DNA of 64,000 nucleotides from Halobacteriovoraceae bacterium (GTDB lineage: Bacteria; Bdellovibrionota; Bacteriovoracia; Bacteriovoracales; Bacteriovoracaceae), in assembly GCA_963719505.1 (NCBI GenBank), contig CAVRCF010000001.1, forward strand, positions 224,001-288,000, read 5' to 3'. The position numbers and the translations under genes are program-made. The notes below the pieces were generated by a model that had not been told where the DNA came from, made no database searches, and was given only the letters and a program-made list of their open reading frames with translations. Positions 34,679-44,049 of this stretch are shown one piece after another; within the stretch, counting starts at the first letter, position 1; every line of letters begins with the position of its first letter.

Positions 34679-35419
34679 TTACGAGTGGAGTGAAGTCTCA
34701 GTCGCTGAACTCGACAGGTTCATATACATTACAAGTTCTTCATTATGGGGCTCTTTTTGGAGAGCATTTTGCCATTCCGTCTGCGCCTCAAGAACGTTAC
34801 CTGAACCATAATGAAGGAGTCCAAGTGCTACACGCGCTGGAATATAGCCTGGCTTCTCAGACTTAAGACGCCTAAGCTCTTCAATTGCCTTAGAAATATA
34901 GCCTTTTTTAGAATAAACTTTTGCGATTTTAATCCTAATTTCGAGATCTTCTGGGTTTAAACTAATCGCCTTGTTATATTCAAACAATGCCTCTTCATAT
35001 CTATTGTACGAGAAATACATTTCGGCAATTTCAAAGTGCTTCTTAGAAAACTTTGTATTGATGTGTGGGTCGTTGATTCCACTAGATTCATTTTTTACTT
35101 TCTTATTGGCCTTTTCAAAGACCTCTTGAGCCTGCTCATACTTGCCAATATCATTCAATATAACTGAAAGGCTTATCGAGGCATCAGTATGGTTCGGATC
35201 GAGCTCTAACACCCTATTAAAGGCTTTAATCGCCTTACCTAGCTGTCCCTTGATATGAAAGATGTTACCAAGGTAGAAATAGGCTTCAAAATTTGAAGGA
35301 TTTATTTCAGTCGCCTCTTCAAAAGCTGCAAAGGCCGCCTTGAGACTATTCTTATTGAATAATTCTTTACCTCGGGCCAATAATCTTTGCTCTTTAGAAG
35401 TTTCCAAATCAATCTCCAA
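34679..35419 (-). CDS. Tetratricopeptide repeat protein
   Basis: Several TPR units (AYFYLGNIF...AIKAFNRVLELDP; ALFEYNKAISLNP). Confidence 0.9.
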   Translation of the reverse strand: MEIDLETSKEQRLLARGKELFNKNSLKAAFAAFEEATEINPSNFEAYFYLGNIFHIKGQLGKAIKAFNRVLELDPNHTDASISLSVILNDIGKYEQAQEVFEKANKKVKNESSGINDPHINTKFSKKHFEIAEMYFSYNRYEEALFEYNKAISLNPEDLEIRIKIAKVYSKKGYISKAIEELRRLKSEKPGYIPARVALGLLHYGSGNVLEAQTEWQNALQKEPHNEELVMYMNLSSSATETSLHS

Positions 35420-35425
35420 TAAAAA

Positions 35426-36172
35426 CTATTTAAGTTCTTTTTTACATTCAGCTTTTAACGACTCAAGTGTAAGTTTATCTTCTTTTTCAAGGAATTGAAA
35501 ATATCTATCCGAGTAAGCCATACATTTTTCATACTCGCGAAGGTTTTTAGAGCTCTCAACAACCCTTAGCATGGCGTGTTTTCGAACTTTCTTTTGTTCA
35601 ATATTTTCCAGTATATCTAGATATCTCCACCTTGCGGCTTTAAATTTTTCAGTTTTAAAGTAAAAATCAGCAACATACTTCTCTTTACCAATCAGCATTT
35701 TCTGACACTTATTAATTCGCTCTTTTGCATCTTTAGTGTATGCGCTTGAACTATAGCTTGTAAGAATTTCTCTGTAGTACTTGATGGCCTCTACCGCACT
35801 TTGGAGATCCCTGTCCTCAGTCTCTGGCACTTGAGCATAATAAGACTCTGCTATTCGATAGATGACGTAGGGTATTTGCTCATGCTTTGGGTGAAAATCT
35901 CTAAAAAGTAAATAAGCTGCCGCAGCTTCAATAAAGTTTTCCTGTTCAAAAAGAATATCAGCCTGGAGAAGTTCTGCTGGAGTTGCAAAGAAACTATAAG
36001 GGTATCGATTCTTTAATTGATTAAGTTTTTCTGTAGCGAGAATGTATCTTTCGTCTTTCACTAAGGACTTTGCCTCTTTAAATAGAACTTCTGCTTCCGT
36101 CTTTCCCTCTGGAGTTTCCGTAGCACAAGATAAAATTCCTAAAAATAAAGCAACTAAAAGTAATGATTTCAT
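35426..36172 (-). CDS. bamD: Outer membrane protein assembly factor BamD
   Basis: Lipobox ILSC, RYPYS, FRDFHPKH, DRD, VADFYFKTEKFKAARWRY. Confidence 0.92.
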   Translation of the reverse strand: MKSLLLVALFLGILSCATETPEGKTEAEVLFKEAKSLVKDERYILATEKLNQLKNRYPYSFFATPAELLQADILFEQENFIEAAAAYLLFRDFHPKHEQIPYVIYRIAESYYAQVPETEDRDLQSAVEAIKYYREILTSYSSSAYTKDAKERINKCQKMLIGKEKYVADFYFKTEKFKAARWRYLDILENIEQKKVRKHAMLRVVESSKNLREYEKCMAYSDRYFQFLEKEDKLTLESLKAECKKELK

Positions 36173-36212
36173 CTCTTTAATTTACATCAGACTCAGGCCT
36201 GCCGTCAAAAGC

Positions 36213-37259
36213 TTAACGCCTACTCGTATAAATTTCTAAGTAAACTTGGCGAATAAACAATTGAAAAAATGCAGCAAGTGGAATTGATATAATCATACCA
36301 ACGATACCTGCAACCTGAGAACCAATTATGACGCTTATCACAACGATTAACGGGTGAAGGTTAACTATTTTTGAAACCAGTAAAGGAAAGACAATGGCAA
36401 GATCAATAACATTTGCCACGACATACAAAACAATCATCGCCCCCAAAGTAGATTGAGGATTCTGATCAATCAGTCCAATAACAAGAGCGGGAGCAAATCC
36501 TAAAATAGGACCAATATAAGGTAGAATATTTGTAATTGCTGCCACAACACCTAGTAAGAAGGCAAAAGGATAACCAATAATGGCCAAGCCTGCGGTAATC
36601 ACAGATCCAACAATGACAGCCTCGATAAACTTAGCAAAAATATAGTCACCAAACTTTCTATTAAACTGATGAAAGAGATAATAAGCCCTCTCCACAATAT
36701 TATTAGGAATGATTTTTAAGAATTTAAAACGAATCTTTCTACCATCTCTCAAGATAAAGAAAATAAACAAAGGAATGACAAACCCCCACTCTAAAAGTGA
36801 GGTCAAGATATAGGGCACATAGGTCAAGACCGTTTTGGTACTTTCTTGTCCATACTGAAAAATTGTATCAACAGGGTTTGCTTCTATCTCATAGCTAAAA
36901 CGATCCTTAACTTCAGTCTTAAGTACTTGATACTTTTCACGAAGGTACTGCTCCAATTTTGGTATGTAATATTCGATTTTGTGTGATTCGTCTTTGATTG
37001 TCTTAATTCCCTCTACGACGGGATAAACAAATATAAAACTAACCATGATTGCCATAAGAATAGCAGCCGTTCTCTTTCGCAAACTCACCGAGCCCATTGC
37101 TCGCCTTAACGGCTGGACGATTAGGGTAAAGATATAAGCGATACCAAAAGGTATGATGATTCGACTAAGAGTCAACACGCCAATAAAAATAAAAGCAATT
37201 GTAACAAGAAAGAATATTAGCTGTGCTTTGTTTCCTTTGTAGGCCCGTCTATCAGTCAT
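36213..37259 (-). CDS. AI-2E family (PerM-like) transporter
   Basis: Multi-TM; FFILRDG, NILPYIGP, LHPLIVVISVIIG, GMIISIPLAA. Confidence 0.92.
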   Translation of the reverse strand: MTDRRAYKGNKAQLIFFLVTIAFIFIGVLTLSRIIIPFGIAYIFTLIVQPLRRAMGSVSLRKRTAAILMAIMVSFIFVYPVVEGIKTIKDESHKIEYYIPKLEQYLREKYQVLKTEVKDRFSYEIEANPVDTIFQYGQESTKTVLTYVPYILTSLLEWGFVIPLFIFFILRDGRKIRFKFLKIIPNNIVERAYYLFHQFNRKFGDYIFAKFIEAVIVGSVITAGLAIIGYPFAFLLGVVAAITNILPYIGPILGFAPALVIGLIDQNPQSTLGAMIVLYVVANVIDLAIVFPLLVSKIVNLHPLIVVISVIIGSQVAGIVGMIISIPLAAFFQLFIRQVYLEIYTSRR

Positions 37260-37866
37260 CTTGCATACTTTCTGCTAGTCGATCTTTGGTTATCTTTAAT
37301 TCGCCTGCCATCAGTTGAAGTCGCTTTGCAACGACATAGGAAAGCGCTTTTATAAACTTTGCTGCGACAACTGGATGTTCTTCAATCAACTCTTCAAGGT
37401 CAGGTTTATAGATGGCCAACAGAGTAGTTTTCTCTAATGAAATTGAACTGGCATTTCTTCTATTTTGATCTTCTAAAAGCGATAGTTCACCAAAGTAGTT
37501 ATAGCGTTCTAGAGTTGTTAAAAACTTTATTTTAAAGTCGGGATCCTTAATTTGGTGCTTTTCGCAAAGGCTTATTCCAACTGATCCTTCAAAGATAATA
37601 TAAAAGCCAAATCCGCCCTCTCCCCTTGTGAAAACGACTTCATTAGCATCGTACTCTCTTATATGAAGAAACTTTGAGAAAGTGTAGAGTTCAAGGTCGG
37701 AGAAATCGTCAAAAGCTGGAATCTTTCTAAAAAAGCTTTGAACGTTCTTCTTTCTAGAACCAGTTAAGGGACTTGCTTGCCAGAAATATTTAATAATTGG
37801 AATCTTAAGTCGCTTGGACTTTGAATGAGCTTTTTTTTCTGTATTTGTTTCATTTAAGTCACTCAT
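37252..37866 (-). CDS. Stand-alone cyclic nucleotide-binding domain protein
   Basis: VFTRGE...FYIIFEGSV, phosphate-binding cassette FGELSLL...RNAS; no HTH seen. Confidence 0.9.
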   Translation of the reverse strand: MSDLNETNTEKKAHSKSKRLKIPIIKYFWQASPLTGSRKKNVQSFFRKIPAFDDFSDLELYTFSKFLHIREYDANEVVFTRGEGGFGFYIIFEGSVGISLCEKHQIKDPDFKIKFLTTLERYNYFGELSLLEDQNRRNASSISLEKTTLLAIYKPDLEELIEEHPVVAAKFIKALSYVVAKRLQLMAGELKITKDRLAESMQDD

Positions 37867-38510
37867 AGCTCTTTAATTCCTTCTTTCTGAATCCATCCTT
37901 GATGGCTTAGCGGATATTCTACCCTAACCCAATCATCTAGACGATCTTTTATAATAAAGATCATCCCCTTTGGTACCTCTTGGACCTGCTCAAACATCGT
38001 TGAAGGTCCGCGTAAAACTTTCGTCGTATCGACAGCGATAAACCTTTCATGCCCACTAACACTTACATAGAAGTAGACTACGGGAAGCGTAGCAATGAAA
38101 ATAAAGAGAGTTTTAAGTAACGGATTCATCTTTTTCACCACAGCTGAGATGATCAAAATCAAACTAACGCTCAAAAAAACGTCAAACTGAGTTGTGGACA
38201 GTTGCGTTTGAATTTTTTCAATGCGAGAAGATGGTCTCTCAATGGAGCTTACCCCCATCTTTTCTTTAACAATAGAGAGACTTTTGAGGGTTTGATTTGA
38301 TTCAAGCCCAAGATCTATAGATTTTTCGAAATTGATCCTCGCCAGGACAAGCTCATCCTTTGCAAGATAGATAGAACCAAGATTATAGTGAAACACAGCC
38401 TCATCAAATAAGACCTTATTTTCTTGTAAAACAAGCAAAGCTTGATCGAACTGCTTCGCCTCAAACTTTTCTTTAAATACGGATAAGATGCTCTTTGAAT
38501 TCTTAGTCAT
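37863..38510 (-). CDS. BatE-like TPR/TM/SH3b protein
   Basis: HYNLGSIY TPR, two TM segments, C-terminal LRGPS...DWVRVEY...GWI. Confidence 0.75.
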   Translation of the reverse strand: MTKNSKSILSVFKEKFEAKQFDQALLVLQENKVLFDEAVFHYNLGSIYLAKDELVLARINFEKSIDLGLESNQTLKSLSIVKEKMGVSSIERPSSRIEKIQTQLSTTQFDVFLSVSLILIISAVVKKMNPLLKTLFIFIATLPVVYFYVSVSGHERFIAVDTTKVLRGPSTMFEQVQEVPKGMIFIIKDRLDDWVRVEYPLSHQGWIQKEGIKEL

Positions 38511-38555
38511 AAAGCATATTATGATATTCTATTAAAAAGAAAGCAAGGGACTTTA

Positions 38556-39320
38556 GTGACTAGCACAACGCAAAAGCAGGAAAACAAGAACGAAAACCCT
38601 GTGGATTTTTCTAAAGCTATTTTCTCAAGTGCTCACTTGAGAAAGCCCAAATTGGAGAACACCAACTTTGGAAATATCACCGATGCACTTGGTCCTTTTA
38701 TCCAAGATGATCATGGTAATATCTTTTATGATTTACGTTTTAATTCTGAAAAACCATTTTGGGGACACTCTCTGCCTTTGACTCTAAAATATAGCTTTAA
38801 GGCTTTGGAGGAATTACCAAAAGAGGTCATCTCGTTTAATAACCTCAATCAACAAAGGGACTTAAAAAAATCGTATCTAGTGAAAGACGTCTTTTTTTCC
38901 GAGGATCAGCTTCTGCCAAAAGAGCTCGCTAATCTAGAGACTCTTTTTCTCTACTTCTCTCCTGAGATTATTTTAGAGTATTCAGAAAATAAAATAATTT
39001 GCCAAACGCCCCCTCAAGAAAAACTCGTCTCTTATATCGAAACAGTTTTGATCCGTGGAAAAAGAATACAAGATATCCAATCACAAATTAAAATCTTTAG
39101 TGAGGGCCATGCAAATATCACTGCTCGAGGGCTCAATATTATTATAAAAGATAGCAAAGCCACTCCAGAGGATTTTGCTAACGAGTGTCTATATATCAAC
39201 GAATCCAATTACATCAAGAACCAACTTTACCTTAGTTTTCCAACCAGTTTTACAAAAGTTTCGATAACTGATCTTTTTGAAAGAATCAGCCACGTTTTAA
39301 GGAAGATAGAATGTTTATAA
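38556..39320 (+). CDS. Degenerate, internally shortened class-III aminotransferase-like protein
   Basis: N-terminal GPFIQDDHGNIFYDL...WGHSLP and C-terminal ARGLNI...LYLSFP...ITDLFERI resemble the class-III small domain; PLP motifs absent. Confidence 0.55.
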   Translation: MTSTTQKQENKNENPVDFSKAIFSSAHLRKPKLENTNFGNITDALGPFIQDDHGNIFYDLRFNSEKPFWGHSLPLTLKYSFKALEELPKEVISFNNLNQQRDLKKSYLVKDVFFSEDQLLPKELANLETLFLYFSPEIILEYSENKIICQTPPQEKLVSYIETVLIRGKRIQDIQSQIKIFSEGHANITARGLNIIIKDSKATPEDFANECLYINESNYIKNQLYLSFPTSFTKVSITDLFERISHVLRKIECL

Positions 39321-40327
39321 TGAGAAATGTCATCGAAAGTGACTTAGAGGATTTATTTGAACTTAGTTCAAAAGTCGTTTTTATCAATCTTCCCCATGAT
39401 AAAAAGATTATCAAAGATAAAATTTCAAAGTCTATAAAAAGCTTTAACTCTCCATCTAAGAACCTGGCAGACAACTATTATATCTTCGTGCTTGAGGATA
39501 CAGACTCTAGCCGTGTCGTAGGCGTCTCGATGATTCATGCTCAACACGGAACAGAACAAGAGCCTCATTTCTTTCTAAGAGTGTCTCATGAAAATAAATT
39601 CTCAACGACAATCAACACGGGCTTTGTTCACGGAACTCTAAAGCTTGGGCTTGATACCAATGGCCCTACTGAGATAGGTGGTCTTATTCTTCACCCTGAT
39701 TACAGGGGAAATGATCTAAAGCTCGGTAAGCAAATCTCATTTGTCAGATTCCTCTATATTGGTCTCAATCCTGAAAGATTTAAAGAAGAAGTCCATTCAG
39801 AATTAATGCCTCCTTTTGACAAGGAGGGAAAAGCTCCGCTTTGGGAAGCCATAGGACGAAGGTTTATGAATATGGAGTATCAAGAGGCAGACATTCTATC
39901 ACGCTCAAATAAAGAATTTATATTAAGCCTTTTTCCTAATGATAATATCTACATGACTCTTCTTCCAATGAAAGCCAGAGATGCTATTGGAAATGTTGGT
40001 TCCGATACAGCTCCTGTTAAGAAAATGCTTGAATCCATAGGTTTTGAATATACTCAAGAGGTCGATCCATTTGACGGTGGTCCCCATTATCGTTGTAAGA
40101 CCAGCCTTATAAAACCCATTAGAGAAATGAGAAAGCTAAAAGTGTTCAAAGCTTCTACGGAAAAATTAGAAACAAGAGTATTAGTTAATCTAGACAATCT
40201 AGGTCTTCAATTTGCCAGCGCAATGCTTGCTTGCGAAGTAGTGGAAGATAAAATCTATATCTCAGAAAAAGATTTGAATAAATTAAAGATTATTGAGAAT
40301 AAACCACTCGATGTTATTTTTCTTTAA
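39311..40327 (+). CDS. astA: Arginine N-succinyltransferase
   Basis: FINLPHD, YIFVLED, TEIGGLILHPDYR, GKQISFVRFLYI, PLWEAIGRRF, DPFDGGPH. Confidence 0.92.
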   Translation: MFIMRNVIESDLEDLFELSSKVVFINLPHDKKIIKDKISKSIKSFNSPSKNLADNYYIFVLEDTDSSRVVGVSMIHAQHGTEQEPHFFLRVSHENKFSTTINTGFVHGTLKLGLDTNGPTEIGGLILHPDYRGNDLKLGKQISFVRFLYIGLNPERFKEEVHSELMPPFDKEGKAPLWEAIGRRFMNMEYQEADILSRSNKEFILSLFPNDNIYMTLLPMKARDAIGNVGSDTAPVKKMLESIGFEYTQEVDPFDGGPHYRCKTSLIKPIREMRKLKVFKASTEKLETRVLVNLDNLGLQFASAMLACEVVEDKIYISEKDLNKLKIIENKPLDVIFL

Positions 40328-40956
40328 GAAGTCTTTGTATTGATTAAAATTCCAGAGGAACCTGAGATTGTGTACTCCTCCTCTTCTTCAGGATCTTTAG
40401 TCATCAGCTCCTGGGTTGCGCTTTTTCTGTATTCAAAGATCGCCATAAGACTGGAGATCTTCTCCTTTGATTCGCGAAGCTTCTCTCTTTCAGTTAACAG
40501 AAAAACCGATGTTGAATCTTTTGATTGATTTTTTATCTCTTGAATAAGTCTCTGTTCATCTAGGATCTCTTTACTAGATTTTAAGCCCAAGTCCCTTAGT
40601 GTGTTCATGGACTTCTTTTTGTCATGATTGAGATTTTTATCCTTTTTTTCAGGAAGGTGTTGAATAGCAATGGGAATATTTTCCAGCTTTATTGTTTCAT
40701 TGATCGGTATAATTTTGGCTTTAGTCTGACTTGTGTCTTCGTTAGAACTTGGCTCATCGCTTTCATCTTCAACGGATGGAACGAGTTTAGGCGTAAATTT
40801 TTCACGAGGATGATCAAAAGGCTCAAATCCTTCTGCTCCGGCGGCTATTTTTGTAACTTGGCCTTCTTCGTAAATGGAGTCCGTATATCTCTCAATCTCA
40901 CTAGGCGTTAAAACCCGGAGAATAGACATAATCGTTGAACCCATGGGTCCTAGCAT
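40324..40956 (-). CDS. Hypothetical protein (start uncertain: 40956, 40944 or 40929)
   Basis: 210-aa charged ORF, preceded by a sigma28-like promoter. Confidence 0.7.
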   Translation of the reverse strand: MLGPMGSTIMSILRVLTPSEIERYTDSIYEEGQVTKIAAGAEGFEPFDHPREKFTPKLVPSVEDESDEPSSNEDTSQTKAKIIPINETIKLENIPIAIQHLPEKKDKNLNHDKKKSMNTLRDLGLKSSKEILDEQRLIQEIKNQSKDSTSVFLLTEREKLRESKEKISSLMAIFEYRKSATQELMTKDPEEEEEYTISGSSGILINTKTS

Positions 40957-40980
40957 AAACGCTCCTATCTCTGACTAAAC

Positions 40981-41008
40981 TTGTCGGTTAATTTTACCAC
41001 GAACTTGA
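40981..41008 (-). promoter_or_regulatory. Putative sigma28 promoter
   Basis: TCAAG-N15-ACCGACAA. Confidence 0.5.
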
Positions 41009-41119
41009 AAGAGTTTTAGCTATATTTAGGTTTATTTTCATTATTTTAGCTACTTAGATAGTAAAAAGGACTAGACAGAAGAATGATTTGACCTTATAAA
41101 TATTCTTACAGATTTCAAC

Positions 41120-41194
41120 TGGAATGTGGCGCAGTGGTAGCGCAGTAGACTGTTAATCTATTGGTCGTGGGTTCGAATCCCTCCATTCCAGCCA
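41120..41194 (+). tRNA. tRNA-Asn (GTT)
   Basis: TGGAATG/CATTCCA acceptor, TAGA-CTGTTAA-TCTA anticodon arm, GGTTCGAATCC, CCA. Confidence 0.96.
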
Positions 41195-41210
41195 TTTAAT
41201 ACTGTAAATT

Positions 41211-41242
41211 AAAACCCTGTCTAACCCACAGGGTTTTTTTTT
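41211..41242. terminator. Bidirectional terminator after tRNA-Asn
   Basis: AAAACCCTGT-N7-ACAGGGTTTTTTTTT. Confidence 0.75.
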
Positions 41243-41257
41243 GACCAAAATTACTGA

Positions 41258-42799
41258 TTATTGAGGTTTTGAGATTCTGTTGAGGATACTTTGCATTTCA
41301 TTTGCCGGCATCAGGTCTCCCAGCTTTGAAGCGATTTCTATGCCAGAGACTAGGGTCTCTTTGGCCAATTCATTTTGATTAAGATTCATTTGAGACTTTG
41401 CTAATGCGAGGTAAGCCACAGAATATTTTGGATCAGCACTTATCGCCTTTTTTAAGTGCTCAGAAGCTTTTTGATAATTCTCTCGCTCATTCTCTAATTC
41501 ACCAAGACCAAAGTTTGCCAAGGCATCCTCTGGATCAATCTCTAAAACTTGATGAAACATTGACTCACGTTTTTCCTTATCTGCTTTTTGCTGAGCTTCT
41601 ACCTTTGATTTTTGATCACGCTTATCCGCCTCAATACCAAACTGCTCAAACTGCTTGAGAGTAGCTTCAGCTTTATGCATTTCCGCTGTCTCCTTATCAC
41701 CCAGTTGCATGTAGTACATAGATAAATTGGTCTGGGCCATAACGGAAGTCTTATCAACCTGCGCGAGGGTTTTCATCACCTCGATGGCATCTTCAAATTT
41801 CTTCTCTCTGCCCAGGATCACTCCTAAAGACTCATAAGCATCGGCATAACCTGGATTTAAATCTATAAGGTATCTTAAATATCTTTTTGATTTTTCGCTT
41901 TCATCTACTTGAAAAAGTCTTACCGCTTCATCAAAAATTTCTTCGGACATTTTATCTAAAGACTGGTTTATGAGTGGGAAATTTTTAACTAAGTAGTCAC
42001 TTCCCTCAATCTCAAGACTCTTGCCTTCGATTCGATTTTCTCTATTTAACATAGCATAATAGAAGTAGGTGTCACCGACCTGTAAGTGTTGAATAATTTT
42101 TCCAATTTTTTTATTCTCTATCACAAGCTCTTCAGCGCCAATTAGATTGTCTCCAATGAGAGCCACCGGAAAGAGAGCAGCGCCTCTATTATTAACAATT
42201 TTGCTTATTGTTTCCTGTCCTGGATAACAACCTTTTTTAAAATCTATAGCGGACTCAGCTAAATATGTGTTGGTGATAAGCTCTCCATGCTTGGCATGAA
42301 CACCCATCTCAACAAAACCACTAGCGAATTTCAAAAGTGCATGAGAAGAATCATCCAACAACTCCAAATTGGGCTTTGAGAAGCCTATCTTTGCCGGTAA
42401 GCCACAGTAGGAACCATCGAAGTCATCTTTGATATTTGAAAAGTCATTTATTTTTATAAAGACTGTCCTACTGGCAAGATTAAACTCGACATCTTCAGAG
42501 ATGAGAAACTTATTAAGCCTCTTTAAAAGTTCGTCCTGAATGTATTTTTTAGCAATAATAAAGTATTTTTCAGAACTACTTTTGGCCAAAAAAAAGGAGC
42601 TCACGAGCTTTCCTTTTTCATCAACAATAGCAGACTCTTTAAAGCTAGAGATTTTCTGATTGAGAACATTAGTAGTGAGTTGATTTGAAAGAAAGCTTTC
42701 GGAGTCTTGCCCTAAAACTTCTATAACAAAAGAGTCTTTTAGCTCAACATATGATGCACGAGTTCTGTGCTCTAAAAGGTAAGCGGATAGATTTATCAT
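41258..42799 (-). CDS. YgfZ/GcvT-like folate-dependent Fe-S maturation protein fused to C-terminal TPR domain
   Basis: GQDSESFLSNQLTT and signature KGCYPGQE, then about 230 aa of TPRs. Confidence 0.85.
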   Translation of the reverse strand: MINLSAYLLEHRTRASYVELKDSFVIEVLGQDSESFLSNQLTTNVLNQKISSFKESAIVDEKGKLVSSFFLAKSSSEKYFIIAKKYIQDELLKRLNKFLISEDVEFNLASRTVFIKINDFSNIKDDFDGSYCGLPAKIGFSKPNLELLDDSSHALLKFASGFVEMGVHAKHGELITNTYLAESAIDFKKGCYPGQETISKIVNNRGAALFPVALIGDNLIGAEELVIENKKIGKIIQHLQVGDTYFYYAMLNRENRIEGKSLEIEGSDYLVKNFPLINQSLDKMSEEIFDEAVRLFQVDESEKSKRYLRYLIDLNPGYADAYESLGVILGREKKFEDAIEVMKTLAQVDKTSVMAQTNLSMYYMQLGDKETAEMHKAEATLKQFEQFGIEADKRDQKSKVEAQQKADKEKRESMFHQVLEIDPEDALANFGLGELENERENYQKASEHLKKAISADPKYSVAYLALAKSQMNLNQNELAKETLVSGIEIASKLGDLMPANEMQSILNRISKPQ

Positions 42800-43135
42800 T
42801 TAGACTGAAAAAGATTCCCCGCAACCACAAGTATTTTTGGCATTTGGATTTTCAAAAACAAATCCTTTTCCATTCAGTCCATCTTTAAAATCTAAGACGA
42901 TTCCTTTTAAATAAATTGAAGATTTTGGATCCATTATGACCTCAAAGCCATCGTGAACTATAGTATTATCTTTTTCTTTCTTCTCAGAAAATTCTATTTT
43001 GTATTGAAGGCCAGAACATCCACCACCAATTACGGCGAGCCTGAGTCCTTTATTAGAATTTGAACTGTCTCCATCAAAAATTCTTTTGATTTCCGCAATT
43101 GCCTTGTCTGTTAACTCTACTAAATTTGATTCCAT
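42800..43135 (-). CDS. iscA: Fe-S cluster assembly accessory (IscA/ErpA, HesB family)
   Basis: GGGCSGLQY, FENPNAKNTCGCGESF. Confidence 0.9.
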   Translation of the reverse strand: MESNLVELTDKAIAEIKRIFDGDSSNSNKGLRLAVIGGGCSGLQYKIEFSEKKEKDNTIVHDGFEVIMDPKSSIYLKGIVLDFKDGLNGKGFVFENPNAKNTCGCGESFSV

Positions 43136-43308
43136 AATTACCTCTCCATCTAAGTATACGATATTTAGCTAAAAAACCAGCATTTTTATGGTTTATCAAA
43201 GTGATTTTAAAGGCTTAGACTATTCATAATTGACCCGAAACGTCCGAAAAGATTTACAAGGTATGGACTGCACTGTAAATTTAATGAAGTTGATTTAAGG
43301 ATAACCAT

Positions 43309-44049
43309 TTGAAAATATTTGTTGCCATTGTTGATGCGAAGGGCAAAAAGTCTACTTTTGCACTGAGGGAGAAGCCAATTATAATCGGCCGCTCATCTAA
43401 GGCGCATGTTTGTATATCAGATGAATTAGCAAGCTCTAACCATTGTCTTATATATCTCAAAGACAACTGTGTCTTTATAGAAGACACTAAATCTAAAAAT
43501 GGTCTTTTTCTCAACGGTATCAGAGTGTTTAAACAAAGAATCTATCTTGATGATAAGGTAAAAGTTGGCGGCTCTTATCTCTACTTTGATCACGATAGGC
43601 TAGAAGCAAAGGTAAAAAAGCTTTTACAACCCTCTGGCGCTGGAAATAGAGTCGCAAGAGAAGTCACTTTAGAACTCGAAAAAAGTCATAAAGTTTATGA
43701 AAAAGAAACACCTATAAACGATAAGTTATTTGAGGGTGTTGAAAAAACAAATAAAAAACTTGAAAAGGGCTTTAATAGAAAACTTCTTTTTGTTCGAGAG
43801 AAGATTGCTGTAACAATTGATTTTATTTTGTCTCTGGCATTTCTTGCGACTGGTTTTGTAGCCTTTTACTATTATGATAAAAAAGAATTTCAAACCCTTT
43901 TTGTCGATAAGAACCCAATTGAAGCCCTAAGCACTGACATAACATTAATTTTAGCTGGGGTTGGATTGGTAGCGACCTACGTTTTTTACAAAATCAACCG
44001 TGGAAAAACTAAAACAAGTATCGGTGAGAAATTTATGGGACTCAACTAA
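43309..44049 (+). CDS. FHA-domain membrane protein
   Basis: IGRS...SSNH...DTKSKNGLFLNG FHA motifs; two C-terminal TM helices, RDD-like ending SIGEKFMGL. Confidence 0.85.
   Translation: MKIFVAIVDAKGKKSTFALREKPIIIGRSSKAHVCISDELASSNHCLIYLKDNCVFIEDTKSKNGLFLNGIRVFKQRIYLDDKVKVGGSYLYFDHDRLEAKVKKLLQPSGAGNRVAREVTLELEKSHKVYEKETPINDKLFEGVEKTNKKLEKGFNRKLLFVREKIAVTIDFILSLAFLATGFVAFYYYDKKEFQTLFVDKNPIEALSTDITLILAGVGLVATYVFYKINRGKTKTSIGEKFMGLN

Noticed and set aside
41120-41260. tRNA-Asn as prophage or island integration site
   Set aside because: No integrase, no duplicated tRNA 3' end and no compositional shift; flanking genes are core.
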